Of a stretch of 64,000 nucleotides of DNA, positions 37,053 to 46,375 are shown one piece after another. The stretch's first letter is position 1. Every line of letters starts with the position of its first letter. The DNA lies in assembly GCA_965116565.1 (NCBI GenBank), contig OZ220699.1, positions 2,442,858 through 2,506,857 of the forward strand. The letters run 5' to 3'. This stretch comes from Dehalococcoidia bacterium. GTDB taxonomy: Bacteria; Chloroflexota; Dehalococcoidia; Lucifugimonadales; UBA3495. The position numbers and the translations under genes are program-made. The notes under the pieces are model-generated. The model worked only from the letters and a program-made list of their open reading frames with translations, was not told the origin of the DNA and searched no databases.

Positions 37053-37778
37053 ATGGCCGACTCAGCTCTGGGCCTCGACGTCAGGGCCTGCATCTTCGAC
37101 GTGTTCGGTACCGTCGTCGATTGGCGCTCCAGCATCATCGAACAGTGCGCCAACATGGGCCGCATCAAGGGCATCGAGCGCGACTGGGGCGCGTTTGCCG
37201 ACGCTTGGCGCGGCAAGTACCGCCCCTACATGGACAAGGTCCGCAATGGTGAACTTCCGTGGACCAACCTCGATGCGCTCCACCGCATGTCCCTCGACGA
37301 CGTCCTGGCCGAATTCGAAATCAGCGGTTTCAGCGACGAGGAGAAGATGGAGGTGACTTATTTCTGGCACAACCTCCGTCCCTGGGCCGACAGCGTCCCC
37401 GGGCTCTACCGTCTCAAGAACAAATTCATCATCTCACCCATGTCCAACGGCAATATCGCCCTGATGACCAACATGGCCAAGAACGGCGGCATGCCCTGGG
37501 ACTGCATCCTCGGAGCGGAGGTTGCCCACCACTATAAGCCCGACCCGGAAAGCTACGGCACCGCCGTCAAACTTCTCGGCCTCAAAGCCGAGCAGGTGAT
37601 GATGGTCGCCGCCCACCAGGGCGACCTGCTGGCCTCTGCCAAGGTCGGCCTCCGCACCGCCTTCGTACCGCGCCCCCGCGAACACGGCCCGGATCGCACG
37701 CCCGATCCCACTCCCGACCCGTCGTTCAACGTGGTCGCCGAAAACTTCGTCGACCTCGCCGCCAAACTCGGCGCCTGA
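37053..37778 (+). CDS. Haloacid dehalogenase type II (HAD superfamily)
   Basis: ACIFDVFGTVVDW nucleophile motif, ...SPMSNGN..., KPDPESY and the C-terminal aspartates. AAGGAG RBS. Confidence 0.85.
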   Translation: MADSALGLDVRACIFDVFGTVVDWRSSIIEQCANMGRIKGIERDWGAFADAWRGKYRPYMDKVRNGELPWTNLDALHRMSLDDVLAEFEISGFSDEEKMEVTYFWHNLRPWADSVPGLYRLKNKFIISPMSNGNIALMTNMAKNGGMPWDCILGAEVAHHYKPDPESYGTAVKLLGLKAEQVMMVAAHQGDLLASAKVGLRTAFVPRPREHGPDRTPDPTPDPSFNVVAENFVDLAAKLGA

Positions 37779-37800
37779 GCCGGACCGGATGCAGCCTGCA

Positions 37801-37822
37801 GGGGCGAATAATCATTCGCCCC
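37801..37822. repeat. GC-rich hairpin element
   Basis: GGGGCGAAT-AATC-ATTCGCCCC, a perfect 9-bp stem, 23 nt after the HAD stop. Confidence 0.6.
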
Positions 37823-37917
37823 AATTCACCACGGATAGGCCGACGACACCGGGTAGCATTCGTAGCGACGCGGGGCATTTTCAAAGTTGCGAATAGTGGT
37901 CCTTGACCTCGAACCGT

Positions 37918-37937
37918 CATTCCGGCGAAAGCCGGAA
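37918..37937. repeat. GNRA-tetraloop hairpin repeat unit (copy B)
   Basis: ATTCCGGC-GAAA-GCCGGAAT, a second copy of the 31881-31900 element with a compensatory C:G to T:A change in the stem. Confidence 0.7.
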
Positions 37938-38081
37938 TCCAATCGGTCTTGAGCGCAACGAACCTCTGGATTCCCACCTGCGCGGGACTAACGGGTTGAC
38001 TTTGCATAGGCCCCGGTGGGGGCCGGCATACCTTGCCTTCGGCGGTTCGCCAACCGGAACACCGTCCGTAGCCATTTGGTA

Positions 38082-38104
38082 GGGGCGGGTTTCAGACCCG
38101 CCCC
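38082..38104. repeat. GC-rich hairpin element
   Basis: GGGGCGGGT-TTCAG-ACCCGCCCC, a 9-bp stem. The stem sequence is nearly the same as the terminator at 197-219. It lies 30 nt beyond the LLM gene stop. Confidence 0.6.
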
Positions 38105-38133
38105 GTCGCGTTTCCCGCCCGCGCGAACTCCGC

Positions 38134-39171
38134 CTAATCCTCCGCCAACGGCTCCAGCCCGCACACCTCCGCCACCAACTCATACGACCGCACCCGGTCC
38201 TCAAAGTGGTAGCAGATGGTCACCACGCTCAGGTCCCGGGTCTGGTAGTCCTCCGCCACCTGTTCCAGCCCGGCTTTCACCTGTTCCGGGTTTCCGTCCA
38301 CGCAATTCCGCATGTACTGCTGGATGAATTGCCACTCGTTCACCAGGTACTTGTAGTTCGCCGCCAACTCCGGCGACGGAATGCCCTTGGCCCTGCCGGT
38401 CACCGAACGTAACCTCCCAAGGTTGCGGCTGGACGCTATCCTTTGCGCCTCCTCCTCGGTCTCGGCGCACAACACCTGCACCCCAACGTTCACCAAGGGC
38501 TCTTCCAGGTGCTCCGACGCCTCGAAGTTCTGCCGGTACGACTCCACTATCTGCGGGCCGTCGGTCGCCCCCATCCCGAAAAAGTGTGCATACGCAAACG
38601 GCAGCCCCATCTTCGCCGCCATGAACGCCGATTCGTACCGCGACCCCAGCAGCCACACCTGCGGAGCCGTCTCCGGCTCGTCCGGAGAGGCCACCACCTC
38701 GTGAAATGGATGGTCATCCGGCTGCGTGTCACCCAGGTAGTTGACTACATCCCTCACCTGCTGCGGAAAGTGCCGTATGTCCTTGGGCATGCTCGGATAC
38801 GCCAGCGCCGCCGCCGTGATCTGGTCGCTCCCCGGGGCCCGGCCAATGCCCAGATCAATCCGGTCCGGGTACAGCGAGTCCAGGATTCGAAACGTCTCCG
38901 CCACCTTCAGCGCGCTGTAGTGCGGCAGCATCACCCCGCCCGAACCCACCCGGATACTCTTGGTCTGCGCCGCAATCTGCCCCACCATCACTTCCGGGGC
39001 CGTGCCCGCAAAGTTGGGCAGGTTATGGTGCTCCGCCACCCAGTACCGTTGGTAGCCCAGCTTCTCCGTCGCCTTCGCCAGTTCGATGGTCTCCCGCAGG
39101 GCCGTCCCGGCGTTGCTGCCTTCCCTCATCGGAGACTGGTCCACCACGCTCAATTGCAGTTTCTCGCTCAA
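38134..39171 (-). CDS. LLM-class (luciferase-like) flavin-dependent oxidoreductase
   Basis: LSVVDQSPM...LGYQRYWVAEHHN...GSGGVMLPHYSALKVAE. Confidence 0.88.
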   Translation of the reverse strand: MSEKLQLSVVDQSPMREGSNAGTALRETIELAKATEKLGYQRYWVAEHHNLPNFAGTAPEVMVGQIAAQTKSIRVGSGGVMLPHYSALKVAETFRILDSLYPDRIDLGIGRAPGSDQITAAALAYPSMPKDIRHFPQQVRDVVNYLGDTQPDDHPFHEVVASPDEPETAPQVWLLGSRYESAFMAAKMGLPFAYAHFFGMGATDGPQIVESYRQNFEASEHLEEPLVNVGVQVLCAETEEEAQRIASSRNLGRLRSVTGRAKGIPSPELAANYKYLVNEWQFIQQYMRNCVDGNPEQVKAGLEQVAEDYQTRDLSVVTICYHFEDRVRSYELVAEVCGLEPLAED

Positions 39172-39363
39172 CTCGCTCTCCCGCCCTTCGTGACCGGAAC
39201 GTCGGCGCGGCCGTTATCCGGTCATAGGATTTAATGTATCCGCTGATCTCGGGTTGCCGTCATTGGTCGCCCGAATTATTATAGTCACGTCAAACGGCAA
39301 AAGCAGTGGCCCGATCCGCGGTCGAAGTCGTAAGCTGAGGGCCACTCCGGAAGGTGACCAACC

Positions 39364-40701
39364 TTGCTTTTCGATAAGTTACTGGGCCCAAAACCGGGGG
39401 TGAAGCAAATCCCGGTTGCAGGAACACCGTTGACCGCCAGCGGTAACAAGTACCTACTTGAACGAATCGTCAAGTGGGTGCTTTTTCTTTTGGCCAGCGT
39501 TTCGGTTTTGACCACCGTCGGCATCGTCTCCGTCCTCCTTTTCGAGGGCATCCAGTTCTTCACCTCAGATTTCTATCAGGAAAAGCATAGCGAACTCACC
39601 GTCACCGGTGAGGCGGTTGGCCCGGCCGACGCAGACTCCTCTCCCACGACCCTCGCGCCCGGAATCATCCCCAGCCTCTCAGTCCGGTCCACGACGGATG
39701 CCCTCATCTTCGTGGATTGGGACAAACCAACGTTGGGGCAAACCCCCACGTCATACGACGTGGCCATCGTCCCGAACCTCGGCCTCGACCTGAGCGACTG
39801 CGCCAACCTTTCCGGAGAACGCACCTCCTGCGTGATATCCGACGCTGGACTCGGACGTTCTTACCGGGTCTCCGTCGCCGCCGTAGCTGGCTCGGGCAAG
39901 GGAGTCTCCCTGGAGACCGAGTCCTTCCAGGTGCCCGAAAAGGTCCGCTGGCACCGCTACTTTACCGATACCAAGTGGCGCACCCTGCTCGTGCCCAGGT
40001 CCTACGGAATCTGGCCCCTGCTGGTCGGCACACTCATGATCGCCGTCCTCGCAATGCTCGTGGCCGTTCCCATCGGGCTCCTCAGCGCCATCTTCCTCAG
40101 CGAATACGCCCACCCCAGGTTGCGCGCCATCACCAAGCCCATCTTGGAAGTCCTGGCCGGCGTCCCCACTGTGGTTTACGGATTCTTCGCCCTGTTCTTC
40201 ATCACTCCCCTCCTCCGCGGGGTCAGCGACGACGTGGGCATATTCAACGCCTTGTCCGCAGCCATCGTCATGGGCGTCATGATCGTCCCCATGGTCTCCA
40301 GCCTCAGCGAGGACGCCATGCGCGCCGTTCCCGTGTCCCTGCGCGAAGGCGCCTATGCGCTGGGCGCGACAAAGCTCGAGGTCGCCACCAAGGTCGTTGT
40401 CCCCGCCGCCCTCTCTGGCATCGTCGCCGCATTCATCCTCGGAATGTCCCGGGCGGTCGGCGAGACCATGATTGTTTTTATCGCCGCCGGCCAGAACGAA
40501 AAGCTCACCTTTAACCCGCTCGACCCGGTCAACACCATGACCGGTTTCATGGCAACCACCAACTTCAGCGACAACGCCATCCCGGGAACTGCCCAGTTCC
40601 AGGCCTTGTTCGCCGTCGGTTTCACCCTGTTCGTCCTCACTTTGTCGATGAACTTGCTCAGCCAGTTTCTGGTCGGCCGGTTCCGTGAGGTGTACGAATA
40701 A
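39364..40701 (+). CDS. pstC: Phosphate ABC transporter permease PstC with a roughly 128-aa insertion (FN3-like) in the first external loop
   Basis: C-terminal two thirds is canonical PstC (IFLSEYA...EVLAGVPTVVYG...SLREGAYALGATK...). TTG start, so the start is uncertain. The insertion spans about residues 70-197. Confidence 0.85.
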   Translation: MLFDKLLGPKPGVKQIPVAGTPLTASGNKYLLERIVKWVLFLLASVSVLTTVGIVSVLLFEGIQFFTSDFYQEKHSELTVTGEAVGPADADSSPTTLAPGIIPSLSVRSTTDALIFVDWDKPTLGQTPTSYDVAIVPNLGLDLSDCANLSGERTSCVISDAGLGRSYRVSVAAVAGSGKGVSLETESFQVPEKVRWHRYFTDTKWRTLLVPRSYGIWPLLVGTLMIAVLAMLVAVPIGLLSAIFLSEYAHPRLRAITKPILEVLAGVPTVVYGFFALFFITPLLRGVSDDVGIFNALSAAIVMGVMIVPMVSSLSEDAMRAVPVSLREGAYALGATKLEVATKVVVPAALSGIVAAFILGMSRAVGETMIVFIAAGQNEKLTFNPLDPVNTMTGFMATTNFSDNAIPGTAQFQALFAVGFTLFVLTLSMNLLSQFLVGRFREVYE

Positions 40702-41603
40702 TGGCAGCCGGGTCTCAACAGAGTTACAGTCGCCGCCTGGCGGCCCGCAGGCGCAACGCGCGGATCTTTTACGGCGTCTGCATCGCCGCCGTGGTTGTGG
40801 CGCTCATCATGCTTGTCGCGCTGCTCTACAGCGTGATTTCCGAGGCCCTGGCTTGGTACAACCTGGATGGCGCCTCGTTGGGCACTCTCTTTACCGAGGG
40901 CCCGTCCAGCAAGGCAATCAAATCCGGCCTCTTCCCCTCCATCATCGGTACTCTTTGGGTGATGGCGATCTGCGTGTTCGTCTCGTTCACCGTCGGAGTC
41001 TCCGCCGCACTCTATCTTGAGGAGTATTCAAGCGGCAGCCGCGTCGCCGAACTGATTCAGACCAACATCCAGAACCTCGCCGCCGTGCCATCCATCGTTT
41101 ACGGTATCCTCGGCCTGAGCATATTCGTCGCCCTGTTCTCCCTCGGCAAGAGCACCCTCGCCGCCGGCCTGACGCTGGCCCTCCTCATCATGCCCGTCGT
41201 GATCGTGTCGTCCCAGGAAGCCATCCGCGCTGTGCCGTCGTCCATCCGCGAGGGTGGTTACGCCCTCGGTGGCACCAAGTGGCAGGTCATCTGGCGCCTC
41301 GTGCTGCCCCAGGCCATGCCCGGCATCCTCACCGGAATCATCCTCGCTGTGAGCCGCGCCATGGGCGAGGCCGCGCCCCTTGTCATCATGGGCGCCCTCT
41401 CCTTCGTCTCATTCGCTCCGGCCCACCCGCTCGACCGCTTCACCGTCCTTCCGATTCAGATCTACGTCTGGATCTCCAAACCACAGGAGGAGTTCCACCA
41501 ACTCGCCGCCGCCGGCATCATCGTGCTCCTCATCATGCTCCTCGGCATGAATGCTTTCGCCATCTTCCTGCGCAACCGCCTGCAAAAGAACCAACGGGGG
41601 TAG
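40701..41603 (+). CDS. pstA: Phosphate ABC transporter permease PstA
   Basis: LYLEEY...NLAAVPSIVYG...SIREGGYALGGTKWQ. TAATG overlap with pstC. Confidence 0.9.
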   Translation: MAAGSQQSYSRRLAARRRNARIFYGVCIAAVVVALIMLVALLYSVISEALAWYNLDGASLGTLFTEGPSSKAIKSGLFPSIIGTLWVMAICVFVSFTVGVSAALYLEEYSSGSRVAELIQTNIQNLAAVPSIVYGILGLSIFVALFSLGKSTLAAGLTLALLIMPVVIVSSQEAIRAVPSSIREGGYALGGTKWQVIWRLVLPQAMPGILTGIILAVSRAMGEAAPLVIMGALSFVSFAPAHPLDRFTVLPIQIYVWISKPQEEFHQLAAAGIIVLLIMLLGMNAFAIFLRNRLQKNQRG

Positions 41604-41609
41604 TCCACC

Positions 41610-42395
41610 ATGGCCGCAACTCCAGTTGCAACTCGTCCCGCCATCCGCGCTATCGACGTCGGCGTCTACTATGGCTCCAACAAGGTCATCGAGGGCGTAA
41701 CGATGGACATGCCCGAGAACGAAATCACCGCCATCATCGGCCCCAGTGGCGCCGGCAAAAGCACCCTGCTCCGCTGCATCAACCGCATGAACGACCTCAT
41801 CGAAATATTCCGGATGGAAGGCGAAATGTGGTTCGGCAATTTCAACCTCTACGCGCCGGAGTCCGATCCCACCCAGATCCGGTACCGCATCGGGATGGTG
41901 TTCCAGCGCCCCAACCCGTTCCCCAAGTCCATCTACGAGAACGTGGCTTTCGGCCCCAAGATCAACGGATTCTCGGGCAGCATGGGCGACATCGTGGAGC
42001 AGTCCCTCCGGGACGCTGCCCTCTGGGATGAGGTCAAAGACCGACTCAAGGAATCTGCCCTCGCTTTGTCCGGCGGTCAGCAACAGCGCCTGTGCATCGC
42101 GCGCGCCCTGGCCGTCGAACCCAGTGTTATCCTCATGGACGAGCCCTGCTCCGCTCTCGACCCCATCGCCACCCTCGCCATCGAAGAACTGATGCAGGAG
42201 CTCAAACAGCGCTACAGTATCGTCATCGTGACCCACAACATGCAGCAGGCCGGCCGCGTCTCTGACAAGACCGCCTTCCTCATGCCCGACGAAAACCGGG
42301 TCGCGCACCTCATCGAGTTCGGCGATACGCGTACACTGTTCACCAACCCTAACGACGAGCGCACCGAAGCGTATATCACCGGCCGGTTTGGCTGA
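41610..42395 (+). CDS. pstB: Phosphate ABC transporter ATP-binding protein PstB
   Basis: [36 protein letters not shown] and the PstB-specific YITGRFG C-terminus. Confidence 0.93.
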   Translation: MAATPVATRPAIRAIDVGVYYGSNKVIEGVTMDMPENEITAIIGPSGAGKSTLLRCINRMNDLIEIFRMEGEMWFGNFNLYAPESDPTQIRYRIGMVFQRPNPFPKSIYENVAFGPKINGFSGSMGDIVEQSLRDAALWDEVKDRLKESALALSGGQQQRLCIARALAVEPSVILMDEPCSALDPIATLAIEELMQELKQRYSIVIVTHNMQQAGRVSDKTAFLMPDENRVAHLIEFGDTRTLFTNPNDERTEAYITGRFG

Positions 42396-42448
42396 TCGGT
42401 CGCAACGGGCCGGCCTCACACAACAGGGAGCACCGGGGAGAAACTATC

Positions 42449-43123
42449 ATGCTACGCTCAGATTACGACCGCTCTCTGGCCGACTTGCAGATCCGTCTCG
42501 CTGAAATGGGCGAGCGCGTGGCATCAGCTACCCGTAGCGCGCTGGACGCTCTGGAGCATCAGAACATCCAACTGGCCCGGCAGGTCATCGACGATGACGA
42601 CGAAATCGATCGGTTGCAAGACTCATTGGAAAACGATTGCGTGACCATTCTCGCTACCCAACAACCGGCAGCCAGGGATCTGAGGTCGGTGTTGTCTGCC
42701 GTCCATATCGCCGTGGAGCTGGAACGCATGGGCGACTACGCCGAAGGCATTGCCAAAATCTGTATTCGCATCGGCGACCAGCCGCTCCTGAAACCCCTTA
42801 TCGACATTCCTCGAATGGCAGACCTCGCCCTGAAAATGCTCGACGAGAGCCTGCAATCCTACGTCGAGCAGGACGAATGGTTGGCCCGCAAGGTGTGCGC
42901 CGACGACGACACCATCGACGACCTCTACAACCAGATCTACCGAGAGTTACTCACCTACATGCTCTCCGATCCCAGAACCATCGAACGCGCCACCTATCTC
43001 CTTTGGGTCGCCCATAACCTCGAACGGATCGCTGACCGGGCCACGAACATCGGAGAGCGAACTTTGTGGCTCGTCACCGGCAACACCGTGGGCAATCGCC
43101 CCGAAAATCGGTCCCTCCGCTAG
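42449..43123 (+). CDS. phoU: Phosphate signalling complex protein PhoU
   Basis: Two PhoU repeats (…ELERMGDYAEGI… and …NLERIADRATNI…). Confidence 0.9.
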   Translation: MLRSDYDRSLADLQIRLAEMGERVASATRSALDALEHQNIQLARQVIDDDDEIDRLQDSLENDCVTILATQQPAARDLRSVLSAVHIAVELERMGDYAEGIAKICIRIGDQPLLKPLIDIPRMADLALKMLDESLQSYVEQDEWLARKVCADDDTIDDLYNQIYRELLTYMLSDPRTIERATYLLWVAHNLERIADRATNIGERTLWLVTGNTVGNRPENRSLR

Positions 43124-43149
43124 ATCGGGAAACCCGGTTCCGCGCGTCG

Positions 43150-43178
43150 TTGACAATTCCCGACCCCGGCAGTATAGT
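43150..43178 (+). promoter_or_regulatory. Near-consensus sigma-70-type promoter
   Basis: TTGACA (43150-43155), 17-nt spacer, TATAGT (43173-43178), 27 nt after the phoU stop. Confidence 0.55.
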
Positions 43179-43287
43179 TTTCGCATATGCAAGGTAACTG
43201 CAAAAGCGCTCGCGTCAGCACCTGTTCTTGTCCGCGTACATCGGGGGCAGGATTAACCTGATTTAACCCACACAGGCGCCGCCCGCT

Positions 43288-43324
43288 CCCACCGATTTCG
43301 CCATTTGGCGCGGTGGGTTTTTTT
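43288..43324 (+). terminator. Intrinsic terminator hairpin within the sulfite-reductase leader (attenuator, or the pst operon terminator)
   Basis: CCCACCG...CGCC-ATTT-GGCG...CGGTGGG followed by seven T (43318-43324). It ends 9 nt before the GAGGAGG RBS of the next gene. Confidence 0.7.
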
Positions 43325-43346
43325 GTGCCACACCGAGGAGGTCACC

Positions 43347-45182
43347 TTGACCAGCCAAGCTCAATCTCCAAGCCTGGAAGAAATCCACTCCTCCAGCCTG
43401 AAGCTCGCGGAGAACTCTCAGACCATCATCCCCTTTATGGAGGATGAGATTCAGCGCTTTGACGCCCAGGTGGACCGCTTCCGCACCGGCGATCTGGACA
43501 ACACCGTATTCACGCCCTTCCGTCTGCGGCAAGGCGTGTACGGGCAGCGACAAGCCGACGTCCAGATGATCCGCGTCAAGCTTCCTGGCGGCATCATCTC
43601 CGCTGAAATGCTTGACTGCTTCGGCGAAATTGCCGAAAAATACGCCCCGCTGCAGAAGGGCCACATCACCACCCGCGAAAACATTCAACTGCACCACATA
43701 CCCCTCGAGCAGACCTCCGAGGTGTTGCGGCTGCTGGGCGCCGTAGGATTGTCCACCCGCGAAGCTTGCGGCAACACCGTCCGCAACGTTGTCGGCCCGG
43801 CCACGGCAGGCGTCAGCCCCGAAGAGGTGTTCGACCCTACTCCCTACCTCACCGCTTACGTGCGGTTCGGCGTTCGGCATCCCATCACCCAGAACTTCCC
43901 CCGCAAGTTCAAGTCCGCTTTCACCGGCAACGACAAGCGGGATGAGGTCGCTGCCGCTATCCAGGACCTCACCTTCGTGTCCCAGTACAACGAAGTTGAT
44001 GGCGAGCAGCGCAAGGGATTCAAGGTCTACTGCGGCGGCGGCACCTCCATCATGCCCCGCCTGGCCAAGCCGCTCTACGAGTGGGTCTCAGAGGACGATT
44101 ACCTCCGCGTGGCTCTCGCAGTGTGGACCGTGTTCAACAATGCAGACATCCTGCGCAAGAACCGCATGATGGCGCGCCTCAAGGTCCTGATCGACAAGAT
44201 CGGCCTGGACGAGTTCCGCACGATGGTCGACGCCGAACTCGCCAACATCGGACCCATCGACTTCCGTCCCCTCATGGACGCTGAGGAGATCCAGACCGAG
44301 CATCCTCCGGCCCAGCCCGCGTCCGCCAACGGCGCCGACGGCGATCCCGCGTACCAGGCTTGGCTGGACAGCAACGTCGAGGCCCAACGTCAGGACGGCT
44401 ACCACGTCGTTTATGTCAAGGCAATTCGCGGCGACCTGGACCCTGCGCAGTTCCGCGGCTTGGCCGACATAGTCCGCAAGTACACCGGCGGCAAGGCGCG
44501 CACGACCCAGGAACAGAACATAGTCCTGCGGTGGGTCCCCACCGGCTACCTGCACGATGTCTGGCAAGCGTTGCGCGCGCTGGAACTCGGCGAGGCCGGC
44601 CACAATCACATCACCAACGTGGTCTCCTGCCCCGGTACCGATAGCTGCAAGCTCGGCATAACCGCTTCCATGGGTTTGGCCAAAGCCCTCGGCGATGAGA
44701 TGTCCAATTGGAACGGCCTCGCGGATGATGCCGGAGTTGGTGATATTCGCGTCAAGATGAGCGGCTGCCCCAACGGTTGCGGGCTCCACCACATCGCCAA
44801 CATCGGGTTCCACGGCGCCGCGGTCAAGGGCGTTGAGGGCCAGCAGATCCCGTCCTACGAGTTGTTCCTGGGCGGTAACTATGGCGACAACCAGGTCGAG
44901 GATTCACGCATCGGCACCCGCGTCCCCAAGGTCAAGGTGCCGGCCAAGCTGGTCCCCTCGGTCCTCAAGGAAATCGTCACCCACTACAAGGACAATCGCA
45001 GCAACGATTCCGAACGGTTTAACGATTTCCTCGACCGGGTGGGCTTGGAGGAAATCACCTCCGTGGCCGCTCGCGCCCAGGAAGTGGGACACGAAGCGGA
45101 AGGCGGCGGCGAGATGTACTTCGATTGGGAACGCACCAATCAATACGTGCTGGAACGCGGCGAAGGTGAGTGCGCCGTCTAG
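43347..45182 (+). CDS. Ferredoxin-dependent sulfite/nitrite reductase hemoprotein (siroheme/4Fe-4S)
   Basis: Two nitrite/sulfite reductase repeats. Cluster ligands VVSCPGTDSCKLG and MSGCPNGCG. TTG 43347 is preferred (GAGGAGG 6 nt upstream) over the track start at 43305. Confidence 0.85.
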   Translation: MTSQAQSPSLEEIHSSSLKLAENSQTIIPFMEDEIQRFDAQVDRFRTGDLDNTVFTPFRLRQGVYGQRQADVQMIRVKLPGGIISAEMLDCFGEIAEKYAPLQKGHITTRENIQLHHIPLEQTSEVLRLLGAVGLSTREACGNTVRNVVGPATAGVSPEEVFDPTPYLTAYVRFGVRHPITQNFPRKFKSAFTGNDKRDEVAAAIQDLTFVSQYNEVDGEQRKGFKVYCGGGTSIMPRLAKPLYEWVSEDDYLRVALAVWTVFNNADILRKNRMMARLKVLIDKIGLDEFRTMVDAELANIGPIDFRPLMDAEEIQTEHPPAQPASANGADGDPAYQAWLDSNVEAQRQDGYHVVYVKAIRGDLDPAQFRGLADIVRKYTGGKARTTQEQNIVLRWVPTGYLHDVWQALRALELGEAGHNHITNVVSCPGTDSCKLGITASMGLAKALGDEMSNWNGLADDAGVGDIRVKMSGCPNGCGLHHIANIGFHGAAVKGVEGQQIPSYELFLGGNYGDNQVEDSRIGTRVPKVKVPAKLVPSVLKEIVTHYKDNRSNDSERFNDFLDRVGLEEITSVAARAQEVGHEAEGGGEMYFDWERTNQYVLERGEGECAV

Positions 45183-45200
45183 CGGCCCTGCTTACAGGCC

Positions 45201-46025
45201 ATGGCTTCAGCGTCCCTGAATGGAAGAGTGCTGGCCTTTGTCGAGGCTCGAATGCCCGACGAAATGGCCAGCCTCATTCGTAGGCACGGCGGTGTGCCCG
45301 CGGGTGCCCCGGTTCTCCAGGAACACTACCTGACGGACAGCCCGGAAGTGCAGCAGGCCATCACGGATGCCTGCGAGGGCAATGTGCACACGGCGATCTT
45401 CCTCACTGGCGTCGGCGCCAACGCCATGATGGGCATCGCCGAATCCATGGGTCGGCTCTCGGAATTCGAGGACGCCCTCCGCGATATCACCGTGGTCGCC
45501 CGAAGCCCCAAACCCGGAAGAATTCTCCGGCGCCACAAAATCCCCATCGACATCATGCCGCCCGAACCCTACACTTCGTCGGACCTGACTGCCGCCATGC
45601 GTGAACTGGATCTCGACGGCAAACGCGTGATATTCCAACGGTACGGCGGTCCCGACTCCGAGTTGCCCACCTATCTCCGTGAGCAACGCGCGGATTACCA
45701 GGAACTTACCTTGTATGATTGGGGTCTTCCAGACGACGCCGAGCCTGTGCTCCAACTGATCGATCGTATGGAGCGTGGCGATGTCGACGCCTTGGCGTTC
45801 ACCAGCCGCCCTCAGGTGCCCAACCTGCTGGCAATAGCCGATGCCGGCGGTCGGGAGGAATCACTGCGGCGAAGTCTGGCGGGACCCGTCGCGGTGGCGT
45901 CCGTCGGGCCGGTGTGCACCCGGAAACTCGTGGAGTCCGGTATAGAGGTCAACGTCGAACCGGAACATCCGCACATGGGCAACTTGGTCATGGCGGTCGC
46001 CGAGTATTTCGACGACCAATCCTAG
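45201..46025 (+). CDS. Uroporphyrinogen-III synthase (HemD/HEM4) family protein
   Basis: Two-lobed pattern with ...ALAFTSRPQV... and ...ASVGPVCTRKLVESGIEV.... It is adjacent to a siroheme enzyme gene. Confidence 0.6.
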   Translation: MASASLNGRVLAFVEARMPDEMASLIRRHGGVPAGAPVLQEHYLTDSPEVQQAITDACEGNVHTAIFLTGVGANAMMGIAESMGRLSEFEDALRDITVVARSPKPGRILRRHKIPIDIMPPEPYTSSDLTAAMRELDLDGKRVIFQRYGGPDSELPTYLREQRADYQELTLYDWGLPDDAEPVLQLIDRMERGDVDALAFTSRPQVPNLLAIADAGGREESLRRSLAGPVAVASVGPVCTRKLVESGIEVNVEPEHPHMGNLVMAVAEYFDDQS

Positions 46026-46354
46026 TATTTGAACTCCTCGCGCACCGGACTGAATATGTCCAGCGCGACCGCCTTGGTGTCCTGACCTTTGGCGTAATGC
46101 TCAACATCGCCCGGGATGATGTACATGTCGCCGGGCTTCAGCACCTTTACTTCGCCTCCGATCCCCATCTCCAGTTCGCCTTCGACTATTATTCCGCCCT
46201 GTTCGTGAGGGTGGGTATGCAGTGGAACGGTCGCGCCCGCCTCCACCTCCACTAACGAAAAGAGCATCTGCTCACCCCAAAAGGTTCGGGTCCTCGCGCC
46301 TTCCGCCAACTCTTTGTAACCTCGGCCGTCCTTTTCGATGAAGTAATCGCTCAT
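46022..46354 (-). CDS. Cupin-domain protein (110 aa)
   Basis: GATVPLHTHPHEQGGIIVEGE and PGDMYIIPGDVEHYA cupin motifs. Confidence 0.8.
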   Translation of the reverse strand: MSDYFIEKDGRGYKELAEGARTRTFWGEQMLFSLVEVEAGATVPLHTHPHEQGGIIVEGELEMGIGGEVKVLKPGDMYIIPGDVEHYAKGQDTKAVALDIFSPVREEFKY

Positions 46355-46375
46355 CGGTCCAAATCTCCTTTTCGG

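Noticed and set aside
39172-39363. Pho box upstream of pstC
   Set aside because: Only a loose resemblance (GTCATAGGATTTAATGTAT) to the enterobacterial Pho-box consensus. The PhoB/PhoP binding motif of this lineage is unknown to me, so no call was made.
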